DNA of 37,913 bases from Craspedostauros australis (lineage: Eukaryota). The notes under the pieces are model-generated. The model was not told the DNA's origin, ran no database searches, and worked only from the letters and a program-made list of their open reading frames with translations. Made by a program: the position numbers and the translations under genes. Positions 1 to 12,200 of the stretch are shown here, piece after piece (positions within the stretch are counted from its first letter, which is position 1; each line of letters starts with the position of its first letter). Location of the stretch: the NCBI GenBank assembly GCA_030167865.1, contig JALAGF010003317.1, positions 1 through 37,913 of the forward strand. The letters are read 5' to 3'.

Positions 1-2553
1 ATGAACGTCAAGCAACTCGGTCGATACTTGGGGCCAAGCCATTCTGTTGGCGAGGCCATGTGCTCGTATATCCTCACCGCCAATGGCATTGTTGTTTCTA
101 AATCCTCTGTACTACCTCTCTCACATGATGACACCAACAACGAAGTCCTCGAACACAAACGCACCGAATTCATGAACACGTTACGGTCCAAATGGAACAA
201 ACGCATGGAAGGCGTCGTGATCGAAGATGACGGTGACGATGTCGATGACACGGCCGAGAACATCGCATTCCTGCAACATACCGCGCCACTGGAATCCATC
301 ATGGAGCCAGACAACGTATCCAGCGAAGCGTTTGACAAATACATCACAACGAAAGTCCTGCTGCCAACAGGGGACGAAATGCAGTACGGCACCGTCAAGA
401 AACGCAAACGCGATGCTGACGGTCAGCTCCTTGGACATTCTCACACCAACCCAATGCTTGATACTGCTCAGTACGAAGTCGAGTTCCTCGACGGACACCA
501 TGAAGTGTTCAGCGCGAACCAAATCGCTGAGAACGTATATGCTCGTGTGGATGACGATGGATATTCAACCATGTTGATGGATGAGATTGTTGATCATCAA
601 CGTTTGCCTTCTGTTGCTTCTCCTTCTGCTCACTCTAAATCCACGAAAGGCTGGAAGCTGTGTATCCGTTGGAAGGACGGGTCAACATCATGGATCCATC
701 TCCGTGATGCCAAGGAAGCAGATCCTGTCCGTGTCGCAGAATACGCAGAAGCCAACCGACTCACCAATGAACCTGCCTTCAAGTGGTGGGTACCCTACAC
801 ACTACGAAAACGACAACGTATCATCCAATCCATCAAACGACGGCGCGTCCGAAAGAACGAAATGTTCGGTGTCGAGCTACCAAACTCCGTACGACATGCT
901 CTTGCCATCGATGCAGCAACAGGAACCGACCTATGGCGCAAAGCCATCGAGAAGGAAATGAAAGCTGTACGACCTGCCTTCGATATCAAACAGACCGACA
1001 CACCAGACCCCATCGGATATCAGTATATGGAATGTCACATGATCTTCGCCGTCAAAGTGGATCTCACCAGAAAGGCACGATTGGTCGCTGGGGGACACAT
1101 GACGGAGCCTCCAGCCTCCATCACATACGCGAGTGTGGTATCTCGCGAGAGCGTCCGAATCGCATTCATGCTGGCCGCTCTCAACGACCTGGACATACTC
1201 GCCGCAGATGTGCAGAACGCGTACCTCAACGCACCATGCCGAGAGCGCATCTACACACGTTGTGGACCAGAGTTTGGGTCAGATCAGGGCAAGCTGGCGA
1301 TCATCTGCAAAGCCTTGTATGGTCTGAAATCCAGCGGAGCAGCGTGGAGGTCACATTTGGCAGACACATTACGTGATTCGTTGGGTTTCACATCCTGCCG
1401 CGCAGACAGCGACGTCTGGATGAAGCCTGCTGTGGCGAGCGATGGGTCAGAATATTACGAATACGTGCTTGTCTACACAGATGACATCCTCGCTGTGTCG
1501 AAACGCCCACAACGCATCCTCGATGCGATTGACTCTCACTTTTTCCTCAAACCCAGCTCCATCGGTCCTCCTTCTACTTACCTCGGTTCTACCATTGCAC
1601 CTTTTCACCTCACTGCTGATCCAACGCGTCCGAAATGGAGTATGGGGTCGCATGAGTACATCAAGTCGGCCCTCAAGATAGTCACAAAGTGGCTCACAGA
1701 CAGAAAGGGGCGACTCAAGACCAAAGCACCAAGCGTCTTACCAAACGCGTACCGACCTGAACTCGACGGATCGCAATTGTGTGATTCCGACGACACAACA
1801 TTCTACCAACAATTGATCGGCATTCTACGATGGACGGTCGAACTCGGGTGCATCGACATATGCTGTGAAACGTCCATGATGGCATCATACTGTGTCGCGC
1901 CTCGCATCGGCCATCTTCATGCCCTCTTGCATATGTTTGCATACCTGAAAACTCACGATCGTTCTCGCCTTGTTTTTGATGACGCATATATCGACAAACC
2001 GATGACAACACAACCAAACTGGGCGGAGTTCTACCCTGACGCCCGAGAACAAATACCGGGCGACATGCCAAAGCCACGTGGAAAGGAGGTGCAAATGACA
2101 TGCTTCGTCGACGCTGACCACGCAGGTGACCGCGTCACGAGACGCTCTCGCACTGGCGTTCTATTGTATTTGAATCGATCTCCAATCCTCTGGTACAGCA
2201 AGAAGCAAAACAGCATCGAAACATCCACATTCGGTAGTGAATTCACTGCCCTCAAGGTAGCCACCGAAATCGTCATCGGAATGCGATACAAGCTGCGTAT
2301 GATGGGTGTTCCACTCGATGGTCCTGCTGATGTCCGTGTGGACAACCAAAGTGTGGTGTATAATACATCACTCCCTGCTTCACAGCTCAGAAAGAAAGCC
2401 AACGCCATCGCCTACCACTTCGTACGAGAAAGCATCGCTGCGGGCATACTTGTGATATCATTCGAACCATCAGAATCCAATTTGGCGGATATGCTCACCA
2501 AATCACAATCAGGACCGAAACGGAAGCAACAAGCTCAAGCAGTCCTTTTCTGA
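1..2553 (+). CDS. pol: Copia Pol polyprotein, C-terminal part (post-integrase region, chromo-like segment, reverse transcriptase, RNase H)
   Basis: Uninterrupted 850-aa frame. RT motifs RKARLVAGGH, ADVQNAYLNA, KALYGLKSSG, YVLVYTDDIL. RNase H motifs FVDADHAGD, SKKQNSIETSTFGSEF, VDNQSV, NLADMLTK. The ATG at position 1 is probably internal. Confidence 0.95.
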   Translation: MNVKQLGRYLGPSHSVGEAMCSYILTANGIVVSKSSVLPLSHDDTNNEVLEHKRTEFMNTLRSKWNKRMEGVVIEDDGDDVDDTAENIAFLQHTAPLESIMEPDNVSSEAFDKYITTKVLLPTGDEMQYGTVKKRKRDADGQLLGHSHTNPMLDTAQYEVEFLDGHHEVFSANQIAENVYARVDDDGYSTMLMDEIVDHQRLPSVASPSAHSKSTKGWKLCIRWKDGSTSWIHLRDAKEADPVRVAEYAEANRLTNEPAFKWWVPYTLRKRQRIIQSIKRRRVRKNEMFGVELPNSVRHALAIDAATGTDLWRKAIEKEMKAVRPAFDIKQTDTPDPIGYQYMECHMIFAVKVDLTRKARLVAGGHMTEPPASITYASVVSRESVRIAFMLAALNDLDILAADVQNAYLNAPCRERIYTRCGPEFGSDQGKLAIICKALYGLKSSGAAWRSHLADTLRDSLGFTSCRADSDVWMKPAVASDGSEYYEYVLVYTDDILAVSKRPQRILDAIDSHFFLKPSSIGPPSTYLGSTIAPFHLTADPTRPKWSMGSHEYIKSALKIVTKWLTDRKGRLKTKAPSVLPNAYRPELDGSQLCDSDDTTFYQQLIGILRWTVELGCIDICCETSMMASYCVAPRIGHLHALLHMFAYLKTHDRSRLVFDDAYIDKPMTTQPNWAEFYPDAREQIPGDMPKPRGKEVQMTCFVDADHAGDRVTRRSRTGVLLYLNRSPILWYSKKQNSIETSTFGSEFTALKVATEIVIGMRYKLRMMGVPLDGPADVRVDNQSVVYNTSLPASQLRKKANAIAYHFVRESIAAGILVISFEPSESNLADMLTKSQSGPKRKQQAQAVLF

Positions 2554-2716
2554 TCGTTCCTTTGCGCAACAACATCCAGCGGGTGGTCGACTGTGAATAC
2601 GTGTCATGGACGATGGATTGAGCGTCCTGTGGTGTCCAAACGTGGGGCATACAGCAGGTACATCCCAAAACAGACCGAACTAAGACGATACGACGGCCAG
2701 CATAGCCACCGCGAAT

Positions 2717-2956
2717 CGAGGGGACCAAACCAGGATGCACATGAAACGGTTAAATCGGCGTTACAACGTGGACACAGGTGTCAACCAATCAGGCAGCAAC
2801 AGCCACGTAACTCAGCGTGCAAGAAGGTCTCCATAACACTCATAATCTGCGTTCTTACGCTTTCACAACACTTTTGGGTTTCATGCGTGTAATAACTTGG
2901 TGAGATGATTTATGCCGGAGGGGTCATCGCAGTGGATTAAGTGCAACTATCCTTCA
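2717..2956 (+). repeat. Putative 3' LTR of the copia element (~240 bp)
   Basis: Begins (C)GAGGGGA and ends TCCTTCA, an imperfect terminal inverted pair with a canonical CA end. Contains CCAATCAGG. The 5' LTR is outside the window, so the boundaries cannot be confirmed. Confidence 0.4.
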
Positions 2957-3931
2957 CGCGCAAAACCGCAGTGTTGGTGACCGCGGCGATGCCACGCAGC
3001 AGCAAGGGACTGGATTACGTGCGCTTCGCACGTTTTCGTGTCGAACAGGCAACGAATGCGTTGTTGGAGAGTAGAAGCGGTTCTGTGTGTTTCTGTGACT
3101 TCGTTGTTTCACACGTCGTAGCCTAGGCAGGAATGCCATTTGCGCCGTCCCGGTTGTTCTTTACGTTCGAACACTTGAATGGTCCTGGCGACGTCATTGA
3201 CAATGTGTTGGGACGGATGGAGAGGAACACCCACAAAATCCAACAGTTTCCAAGGCGTCCCGAGTGTTTGTGGTTGACTGGAAGTCGATGGTGTGCAATG
3301 TTCGTGCTTCCGCCAAGTACGAGGAGCAGCTCATGTGCATCTCTGCTTTGGTCCGGGGGACGTTGTGCCCACTGGTCCACTCGCAGCCTGCAGAGCAGAG
3401 AGTGGAACCAAGCTCCCCAAGAATGGACAATTCACAACCGAGAGAACAGATCATTCTGGCTCTGCCAAGATAGCGTCAGTCATCGATTCTGATCCGTGTC
3501 CTTGGAACTCATTTGCGTTGGCTTCGATTGCCTGTTTAGATCGTACTCTCCACGCACAGAATTGGCGCAGCTGCGCACAAGACGCACGTGCGAGCTACTC
3601 CATGCCAGTTTCCACCCACGTGTGTTTCGTGCATCCCGAAGTTTGTTCATGTCGCCATGGGTATTGTCGGTGACGTCGGCATGCACAGCACTCGTTGGCG
3701 GATCGACTCTCCCTTGCGAAAGTTTGGTGGCGTCCGTGGGCACCGCACCACGCCACCAAGGAGGCAGGGGAAGGAGGGACCAGGTTTCGACATCCTCGCC
3801 ATGCATCATCCGCATCTATCAATGCTCATTTGGGATGTTCCTTGCCCTCGGTGGTCTGAGTATAGGTATGCTCGCGCACAAGCCTCCCGAGCACTCACTC
3901 GCTCACTCACTAAACTGCCATAGCCCCTCCG

Positions 3932-3955
3932 GAGAGAGAGAGAGAGAGAGAGAGA
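3932..3955. repeat. (GA)12 microsatellite
   Basis: Directly visible perfect dinucleotide run. Confidence 0.95.
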
Positions 3956-5513
3956 TGTTCGCATGAAATGTTTGTATGAAACGATTGCATGAGATGCGCT
4001 GCCAAGGAGCAGGTATAGTTTCAGCACCCAGTGAATCATCGCTACCGCTGGTAGGACTATTCCGCGCTCTCCCATCTTCTGAAAGTTGGACTAGAGGGAT
4101 AGAGTGGACGATGCCACGCCATTCTTTCACTGGATCAACCCGCATCGTCTCGGAATGCATACGAGATACGGGTACACTCGTGCAATTGCCGAAGATCACT
4201 GCCACCCCCTCTCCAATACCTGTGCAGTCCTCGCACAACTCGCAGAAAGAACAAGGACATTGAATCAACGAGACAAACCACCACTGACATGCACAAGGAC
4301 AAGTCCAAGGTCAACAGCAACGAAAGCCCGGTTCCTGGGACCTCATGGACGAGCCATCTTGTCACAGAAGCGCTTTCGTGGGTGGTATCTCTGGATCTCC
4401 AACGGCGCCAAGGAACAATGGAACGCACAATTGACATGCACCGTGCTGGTGCAGATAAACCTTTTCTGTGCCTGGGAAGTCCCTGCTTTCGGAAGTGGCG
4501 ACACCTTCCTCCTTCTTTGGTCGCACGACGCATCAACACTGATGAGCACTTGTCTCCGATGCACTTGGCTGAGTTGCAATCACATCCACATTCCAAGTCA
4601 CATTCGCGTGTGCAGCTCGTCGATGGCGCAATTGCAACGACAGGAGGCGCGCCAGTTGTTGTCAGAGCATCACAGTTGCTGCTACTAATACTGTACGAGT
4701 AGCCGGTTCGACTACTCTATGAGTTTATCGTTGTTTGTAGACGTCGCCGACTGCTTCGCTCGCCTGAATACCACGGTTGTCCGCGAGAACTTGACGGCGG
4801 CTTTCGAATCTGACATCATGGAAGGCGAGAGATCCGACCACAGGGACGACGCCGACACATCCCAAAAACGGCTGTCTTCGTTGATGCCAATCCCTGCGCC
4901 GCACACGATATCTTATCCATGATCAGTCTTGGTAATCCCCACCAGTCTCACGAATACCCTTTCAATCTCCTTTTGTTCATGCCAGTTGGCAATCCAACAG
5001 AGTGGCAACATCACAGCATCGCTTTGCGCTTCGACTGACACTCGCAGCGCCGCTCCAACTTTACTCTTGGCCTCTTCCGGATATCTTCGCTCCTGCACTC
5101 GTGTTCGTTTTCGCCTCCCTTCGTTACAGAACAGTCGATGACAGACAACCCAGTCGGCTTTTCTGCCACGGCTGATCCATTCCATTTCCATCTGATGTGT
5201 ACGACGTATGATAGCTCGCAATTGCACTCCTATCCGCCGATACGGTTCCTGGTTTTAACTCGTAGCTTGTACGTGTACGATGCCATAAGGATGACTTGAT
5301 CCACCTCGCAGCAGCCACAAGGTGATGGTGCAAGTCGATCTCAAAGAGGAAGTGGCAAGGCGTGCCCTCTTGTGCTCCTTCTGTCCCCTGCCACGGGTGG
5401 AAGCACCAGATCACAGCATCGACGCGGTTCGCTTTCGTGCGATGACTTCCAGGGATGTTTCTCCTTGTCTCCTGTTGTCATGGTCGCTGTTTCCAGTCAT
5501 TTCCGAATGATCA

Positions 5514-8500
5514 TCACATTCGCGGCATGTTCTGCTTCTCCAGCTTCTTTCGAATCTCGGGAACGAACTTCTGCAACCTCTGCTCCAGCTTCGGGATGTA
5601 GTAGTCATCGATCTTATGGTTGATGTAGCAGTTGTACGACAGACCGCTCTCGTCGCCCTTGTCAGTGTCGACACCGATCGCGGCGTCTCCCTCCGGATAC
5701 GGGTTTCCAAGCCGGCACAAGGCTTGCCCGTCGTAACCGGCCTTGCAAACTTTCTCCCACCCACCCGTGTCCTGAGTCGCCACGGCCTTGGCGTGGAGCA
5801 TCAGAGCTGAGTTGGGAACGGATACACGTCCAAGTTGGTCGACGAGGAGGGCGGATCGATAGGGAATTGATAGGCACACGAAGCGAAGAATTGCAGTGGT
5901 GGCACGGTGAGTTGCAGCTTGACCGAGAGCATGAACGGACATACACGCACTCGTGCAACACTGTAAGCAAGCAAACAAGCGCAGCAGAAAGCATGTGAAG
6001 CCACACCGTTCCTTGCTGTGCCACCAGCGAGATGACGGTGCTTCCAACACAACACAACGCAACACAGCGCAACCGTACCTTCCGTTTGTTCATCGCCAAA
6101 CCTCGCCAACGGATCGGGGAATACCCCATGTGGCCTCCAGCGCCGAAACTTCTCCGGTCCGTACCGCACGGAATCCTCTCGATTCAATTCGCTGAAGGCA
6201 GTGATCGTCGGGTAATGCAGATAATGCTGCTTGACGTAATCCGCGCGGAAGACCTGCTTCTCCGCCGGCATCTTGCTCTGCTTCTGTCCCGGCTTTTGCC
6301 GATCGCAGTTGTAGGCCTGCAGGATGGTGGAGTTCAACGGGATGCTGAGCTTGAAGCACTGCTGCGCGCCCCTGCCGCAGTTCTGATGACCCGAGAGACG
6401 GGTCAGGTTGGGATCGGCGACGAAGACGCGTCGCGGCCATGCCCTCCACGAGGCCGATGACATGATGGTGTTGCCTTCGCTTTCCAGCTTGTCGAGCAAC
6501 TGCGGGTTGACGTTGGTGTACTTGCCCATCGGGACCAGGTACTCATCGAGGTCGTACTGGCCGATCCAATCCGTGTGCGGGCCGAATCGCAAGCGGCAGG
6601 AGCTTTCGGCTGCGTACTGTGACGATCGTTCTCCCACGCTGTCCACGTTGTTGGGGTTGTTGTTGCAGATCTTGGACGGCCAGTTGATCCACGTCACCTT
6701 CGAAGCTGGGAAGAGATCCGTGATCTCCTTTAGTGACGGCGATGGGATCGCGTTGATGTCATGTTCGCCGTCCACACCGTTGTTGAACGCGCCGGAGTTG
6801 TCGTAGACATAAAAGTGATCCACTCCAATCATGTCGTAGTACGTCAAGAACTCGAGCAGCCGGCGCTGTCCGTCGTTGATTGCGAAACGGTTGCCTCTGG
6901 TCGTGTACCCTGTCGATGCCCACAGACACGAAATGAGACGGTGCTGTTTCTGCGGTTTGGCGGATGACTGATGGTTGTCCCCGCCCTCCTCTATCAGCAC
7001 GTTGTGCGGCCGCGTCGTGCGGAAATCGATCAATGGCTTGTCATCCGCCTCGTCGTTGTCCGCGTCAGCCGTCGCAACAGCCTTGATGTGATGGCGATCC
7101 ACGTACTCCTGCGCACTCGTCAAAGCTTCGTCCGAACCGTACGTCAGCGCGGATGGCTTGCAAATCGGGACGTTCTCCCAGCGCCCGGAATCCGCACGCT
7201 TGGGCAGGATGTGCTCGTCTCCCCATTCGCGTTGGGCATCGAAGAATTGGGGGTTGCTGGGAGGCAGTTGGAATTCCGCGTAGTAGGGTGGGAAGAACAT
7301 GCCGGGTGGCCCGTACCTGGGCGGGGTGCGGATCGGCACAACATCGATGTAGTACAGCGCCATGTCAGTCTGCGGATCCACCGATTCGCCCAGCCGAATC
7401 AGATCCTGCAGGAAGACAGTCGACCCATCGCCTGGCCGTTGCACCTTGACGTTGGTCGGCACCGGACACTGGAAAATGAGCTGCGAGGTATGGATCTTCT
7501 TGTTGTCGCGCCCTTCTTCCGTAAACACAGCCTTCTGTCGTTTGCGAAAAGCGGCGAACTCGTAGTTTGAATTGAAAAAGCTGAGGGTCTCGCCCAGCGT
7601 GTTGCCTGCCGCATCCTTGAAATGGCAAATGAATCGCGTCTCCAACCCGTCGACATCGGCCTCGTCATGATCCGCCAGCCGGTACCGGGTCTCTCCAGGC
7701 ACGTCAGTATCGACGCGTTTGACAGGCACATGCTGGAACAATGCTGCCTGAGGTTGCATGTCCTTGAGAATCGCCTTCTCCTCGGGCGACGACCCCGTGT
7801 GGCAGCGTCTCCGATTCTGCGCAACGAATTGAACGAAGTTGCCATCGGCGGTTGGGAAGACGTCGTGGATCCAGGGCAGGAAGGGATCCTCGATGATCGG
7901 TGAGGCTGCCGATCGGTCCTCGCCGTCGCAATCCACGGGCCACTGCTGCGGCAGCCTCTGGCAGGAATTGACCTGCGGATAGGCGCGGCTTTGCAACAGC
8001 TCCGCCTTGGCCGTGGTCCGCGATCGCGTCGGAAGCGGTTTCTGCTTCCAGTCCTGCAACCGCACTTCCTCCATGTAGGCTGTCAACACCAGCGGCGGCG
8101 GTCCCTGATTTAGTGGTGGCAACTTTCGGGCATTGCCAATCTCATTTGCACGCGCATCGGAATCAGATGCCGCGTAGTTGCCGTCCGCGTTGGCAATATG
8201 CATCTTCTGAGGCTGCACATTGTGCGCCCATTCCTGAATGCGCGGCGCCGCATCGATGCGTTTGTTCCATTGCCTCAGTTGCGGAGAGCTGGCGACGTTG
8301 TGCAAGCTCACTTCTTCGTTGTGTTGCGACTGCCCACCGTGGTTGCTCGTGCCAAGGCCCAAGAAGGAGTCTTCTGGAGCTGCGGATTCCGCGGAAGCGA
8401 TGAACCGCGTCAGCGCCACCATGACGATCACGTACAGCGAGATCAAGATCATCAGCACGAACATCACGATAGTCTTCAATGAGCACATGGAAGGATTGGA

Positions 8501-8560
8501 GGTCGTGGCGCGTCGCTGCGAGCGCACGATCTTGCTCGAACGTGGTCTGGAAAGACCCAT
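5514..8560 (-). CDS. Glycosyltransferase family 92 (DUF23)-like type II membrane protein; 2 exons (8560-6079, 5806-5514), ~924 aa
   Basis: N-terminal TM anchor (IVMFVLMILISLYVIVMVAL). GT92-like core RRLLEFLTYYDMIGVDHFYVYDNS...QYAAESSCRLRFG...WIGQYDLDEYLVP with a DxD motif. Phase-1 intron 6078-5807 (AAG|GTACGG...CTCAG|) joins the 5801..8566 ORF in frame to the tail of the 5514..6065 ORF (EQTE-ALMLHAKAVATQDT). Confidence 0.85.
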
Positions 8561-9009
8561 CGTCAATCACTCAGTCTTGCTTGCTTGGTTTCTTGCTTGG
8601 CTTCTTGCTTGCTTTCTTGCTTGCTGGTTGTATTTCGCAGCAGGTTATGGATCACCCAACTTTCGCTGTGGCCGTTGCTGCTTCTTGCCTTCCCTCACGG
8701 TGATGTTACTACACGTGCACTCTGTATCAGAGCAGGATGCTAAGTGTGATGTATTCTAGTATTATTATAGAATACCATACACCAACCAATGCTTTTCATC
8801 GAAGGTTTGAAATGATGTTGCTTGCGCCAATGACCGACCAGCGATGATTTTGAGCCGTTTTCGACCAAACAACGACAAACACAGACGTGAAGGCGACGAA
8901 CGAGCCCAGGGTTAGCGGCAAATACTGTGTTTTCTGTGATTGTGAGTCGCGTATGCATTGCATTGTCAGTCTTGTCAAAAATTGTAAGTCGTGTTTGTAG
9001 ACGTCCGGC

Positions 9010-9078
9010 TGTCTGTTTCAACACATGCATGTCGATTGATGTCTGTTTCAACACATGCATGTCGTTTCATGTCTGTTT
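9010..9078. repeat. 30-bp tandem repeat, ~2.3 copies (TGTCTGTTTCAACACATGCATGTCG...)
   Basis: A 25-nt core is identical at 9010 and 9040, with a partial third copy at 9070. Confidence 0.9.
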
Positions 9079-9223
9079 GCATTTGTGCAGGCATACGTCA
9101 TACTTTTGCAGAAGAGCAACACCGCGCAAGAACAACACCGCGATCCACCTGTCGATACAGTACTACTACAACCTCTACATATGCTCTAGAAGTATTTCTA
9201 TTCCTTACTCAGTGCTATCCGAT

Positions 9224-12200
9224 CTACCCGTACTTCTCGCGCGCCAATCTCAGCTTCTCCACCTTCCCTGTTGCGCCCCACTTCTCGTACAGGCGGATCG
9301 CTTCGTCCAACGCCTGATCAGCCGCATCGTCCATCCCCATCCTCATCAAGCATTCCGAAAGACGCTCATTCGCCAAGGCCTGGTCATTCGTGAAACCACA
9401 GCTTGTGGCCAAGTCGATGGCATCCTTGAATCTTGCGATCGCAGAATCGTACTTCGATCGGAGCATCTTATGCTCCGCTTGGAGCAGTGCATGGCTGTGG
9501 CGACAGTTCGGGTTGCCCAATTCCGCCCACTTGCGGAGCTGCTTGCGGCACCGGTCGCCGTGCCTGCGGTACCGCGCTGCTTTCGACCTGCTGCGCACCG
9601 CGTGGCTGGCTGCATAGCAGCAGACGCCGCCACAGCATATGGAGAACGGCAGGTAGGCGACCCCGGGAGTCTTCTTCAGCTGCTTGTCGAAAACCTTGAT
9701 CGAGGCAATTGCGCCGACCTCGAAGTCGCTGAAGAACGCGGCAAGCATCTGCCGGTATCCGTGGATCACCACGAACATGGTCTCATCCAGTTTCTCGGGT
9801 GGCTGCTGGAAAAATGCGTCTTCATCAAAGACATCGCCTTTTAGTTTCATCTCGTTGTCGCAAAAGCCTCGAAAGTTCTGCAGCATCTGCCAGCTGACGA
9901 TGAAGAACTCCATTCGCACCAGATCTTGATACTCTTTCGTCATGTTTGAGAACTTCAGCATGTCTTCATCCAGTTGAGCCAACGGCTTGCCCATGAGGAG
10001 CTCGTTTATTACGTGGCTAGAGATACTTCGGACACCTGAGCTGACGTCGCCGCATGCCATGCCGAGCTCGTGCGCTCTCTGGAGCTCCCCCAGCGTTTGG
10101 TCGATTGGGTTCATCCAATGGACGGTGCCGATATTCAGAATGAAGATCACCCTCCCTCTGTTGTTGTGGTTTGATTCGTAGTCTGTCATCTGAAGGGCGA
10201 TCGCACAAGTGGTGGCGGCAGTCTTAAAGTCTCCCATGAAGTATCCAAACACTGAGGACAAATGAGCGAATGCCGAAGATGAGTGTGGTAGAATGCCATG
10301 CTTCAGTGTTCTCTCCACACACTCGAGGATGACCAACGGGAACCATTCCGGGCAGACAAGGTAGGCAATGGTGGACAGCAGATCCAGCAACAGCATCGCA
10401 GCCACCTGCGTCGGATCGTTGCATGATGGCCTGTTTCGGAATGAGTCGACGGTCCATTTCGACGCCGCTCGCTTGATCTTGAGGAGACCACGCACCAGCC
10501 TGATGCTCTTGCCAACCTTGCTTTTCGGGAATTTGCACCCCAGTTGGCTGAGCACATCGAGTGTCGTTGGGAGGGTCTCGTTCGTCCTGGTATCATGGGA
10601 TTCCATGAACAGGCCATTGATGACGATGCGATATGCCCCGATCTTGTGAAGAATGGAGCAATCCAGGGACAGGATGGTTGAGCAGTACCGCTTCATCTCG
10701 TCGATGTTCGCGTTGATGTAGGCGCACTCAGCGGCTGACGAGAAGATGGCGATGCTTTCGTGGGGATGGGTTTTTGAATGATCAGGCGGCAAGAGCTGTA
10801 TGGCAGTCCTGAAGTATTCCAACGCTGCTTGGAATGCAGCGCATTCGACAGCGAGATGACCCGCGTTGGAGTTGAGCATGGCGATCTTCATGCGACGATC
10901 GGAGTGCTGGTCGGTGGCAGGCACGAGATCAAGCCTGGCGTTGATGAGACCGGCGATCATGTAGACCTTATCCTCTTGCGTCTTTCCTTGAGAATACGAC
11001 GTGAGCAGTACATCGCCGACCCGATGCCGCAGCTCCGACAGCTTGTGCTGAGGCACGAGCGATAGCGCAGCTTCTTGGACCTGGTCGTGGATGAAGGCAT
11101 ATCGACAGCCGTGTTTTGCACTGGTTGTTGAGCTCCGCTCTCTGCAACTGGGCTGCAGATACTTCTCGATGATGCCCTCTCTCTCGCAAATGTTCAAGCT
11201 TCGTTGGATGCCGCTCTGTGAGATAAGGTCGGCTTGCTCTTGCTCTTCATCTGGCGGGTGTGCTGATACAGTTCCATGCTGTGACGTCCGCAGTAGATCG
11301 TTGAAGAACACCTTGTGGTCGGAGTGGATGGACATTGCCCGTATGACGAGGATCAACCTACGATTCGAAAATGTGGATCCCAGGCACGCCGCAATAGGCA
11401 GCACGTGGCGAGCAGCATCCAGACGAGCCAGCTTCTGCTCCATGAGATCAACCATGTTGGCCGTGGCCGATGATCCCGAAATAATCTTGTGCTCGTCCCA
11501 CACCCACTTCATTCCACCTTCTTCATCCACCGACAGCAGCTTCTCGTACACCAACGACTCCAGGAACTGCTTCGTGAAGAAGATGTTCCCGCCCGTCTTG
11601 CGATGCACAATGTCGGCAAGACCGTTCACATCGTCGTCATTATCGGGCAGGAGGATCTCGATGAGAAGGTGTCGGATGCTCTGCAATGACAGATCTTGGA
11701 TCGGGATGTCAAGGACACGAATGGATCTTTCTCGTTTGGAGTGTTGCAGAGCTTGCATCATGTCCTTCAGTCCTGGGCTCTGCTCGAGCTCGTTGGATCT
11801 GAAGCACCCGACGATCATCAGGGATGAGATCTCGCCATCCATCACCCAGGCCTGGATGATATCGAGCGATGCCTTGTCGGCCCATTGGATGTCATCCATC
11901 ATCATCACGAGTGGACTGTGCTTGCAGATGATCCGAAGGAATCGCCTGAGCGTATGCTTGATGCGATCGGACTTTTCTCTGTATCCTTCCGCAACTACGA
12001 ACGAATCGCGTGAGGAAGCGAGTCCATCAGCACCCGATCCTGATGTGGAAGTGCTCGTAATTGATGCTTGCTTCATCAACATGAGCTGGCGGGCAAAATG
12101 GGAGCTCGTGCTTGCATCCCCGCCTGCACTTGCGCCGTCATCCCCGAATATCCCACGCCCTTGGTCACTGTCCCGTCGATCCGTGTTGCTGTTGCCGTTG

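Larger units (their letters stand above)
1..2956 (+). mobile_element. Ty1/copia LTR retrotransposon, diatom CoDi type (5'-truncated by the window edge)
   Basis: Open pol frame 1-2553 with copia RT and RNase H motifs, followed by about 400 bp ending in a likely LTR terminus (AACTATCCTTCA, 2956). The 3' boundary is inferred. Confidence 0.9.

Noticed and set aside
9010-9078. CRISPR-like reading of the 30-bp repeats (and of the 172-bp-spaced motif at 33513-33869)
   Set aside because: Too few units, wrong repeat and spacer geometry, no cas genes, and a eukaryotic context.
8927-9844. 305-aa plus-strand ORF
   Set aside because: Non-ATG start, runs through a tandem repeat and is antisense to the ATPase C-terminus.
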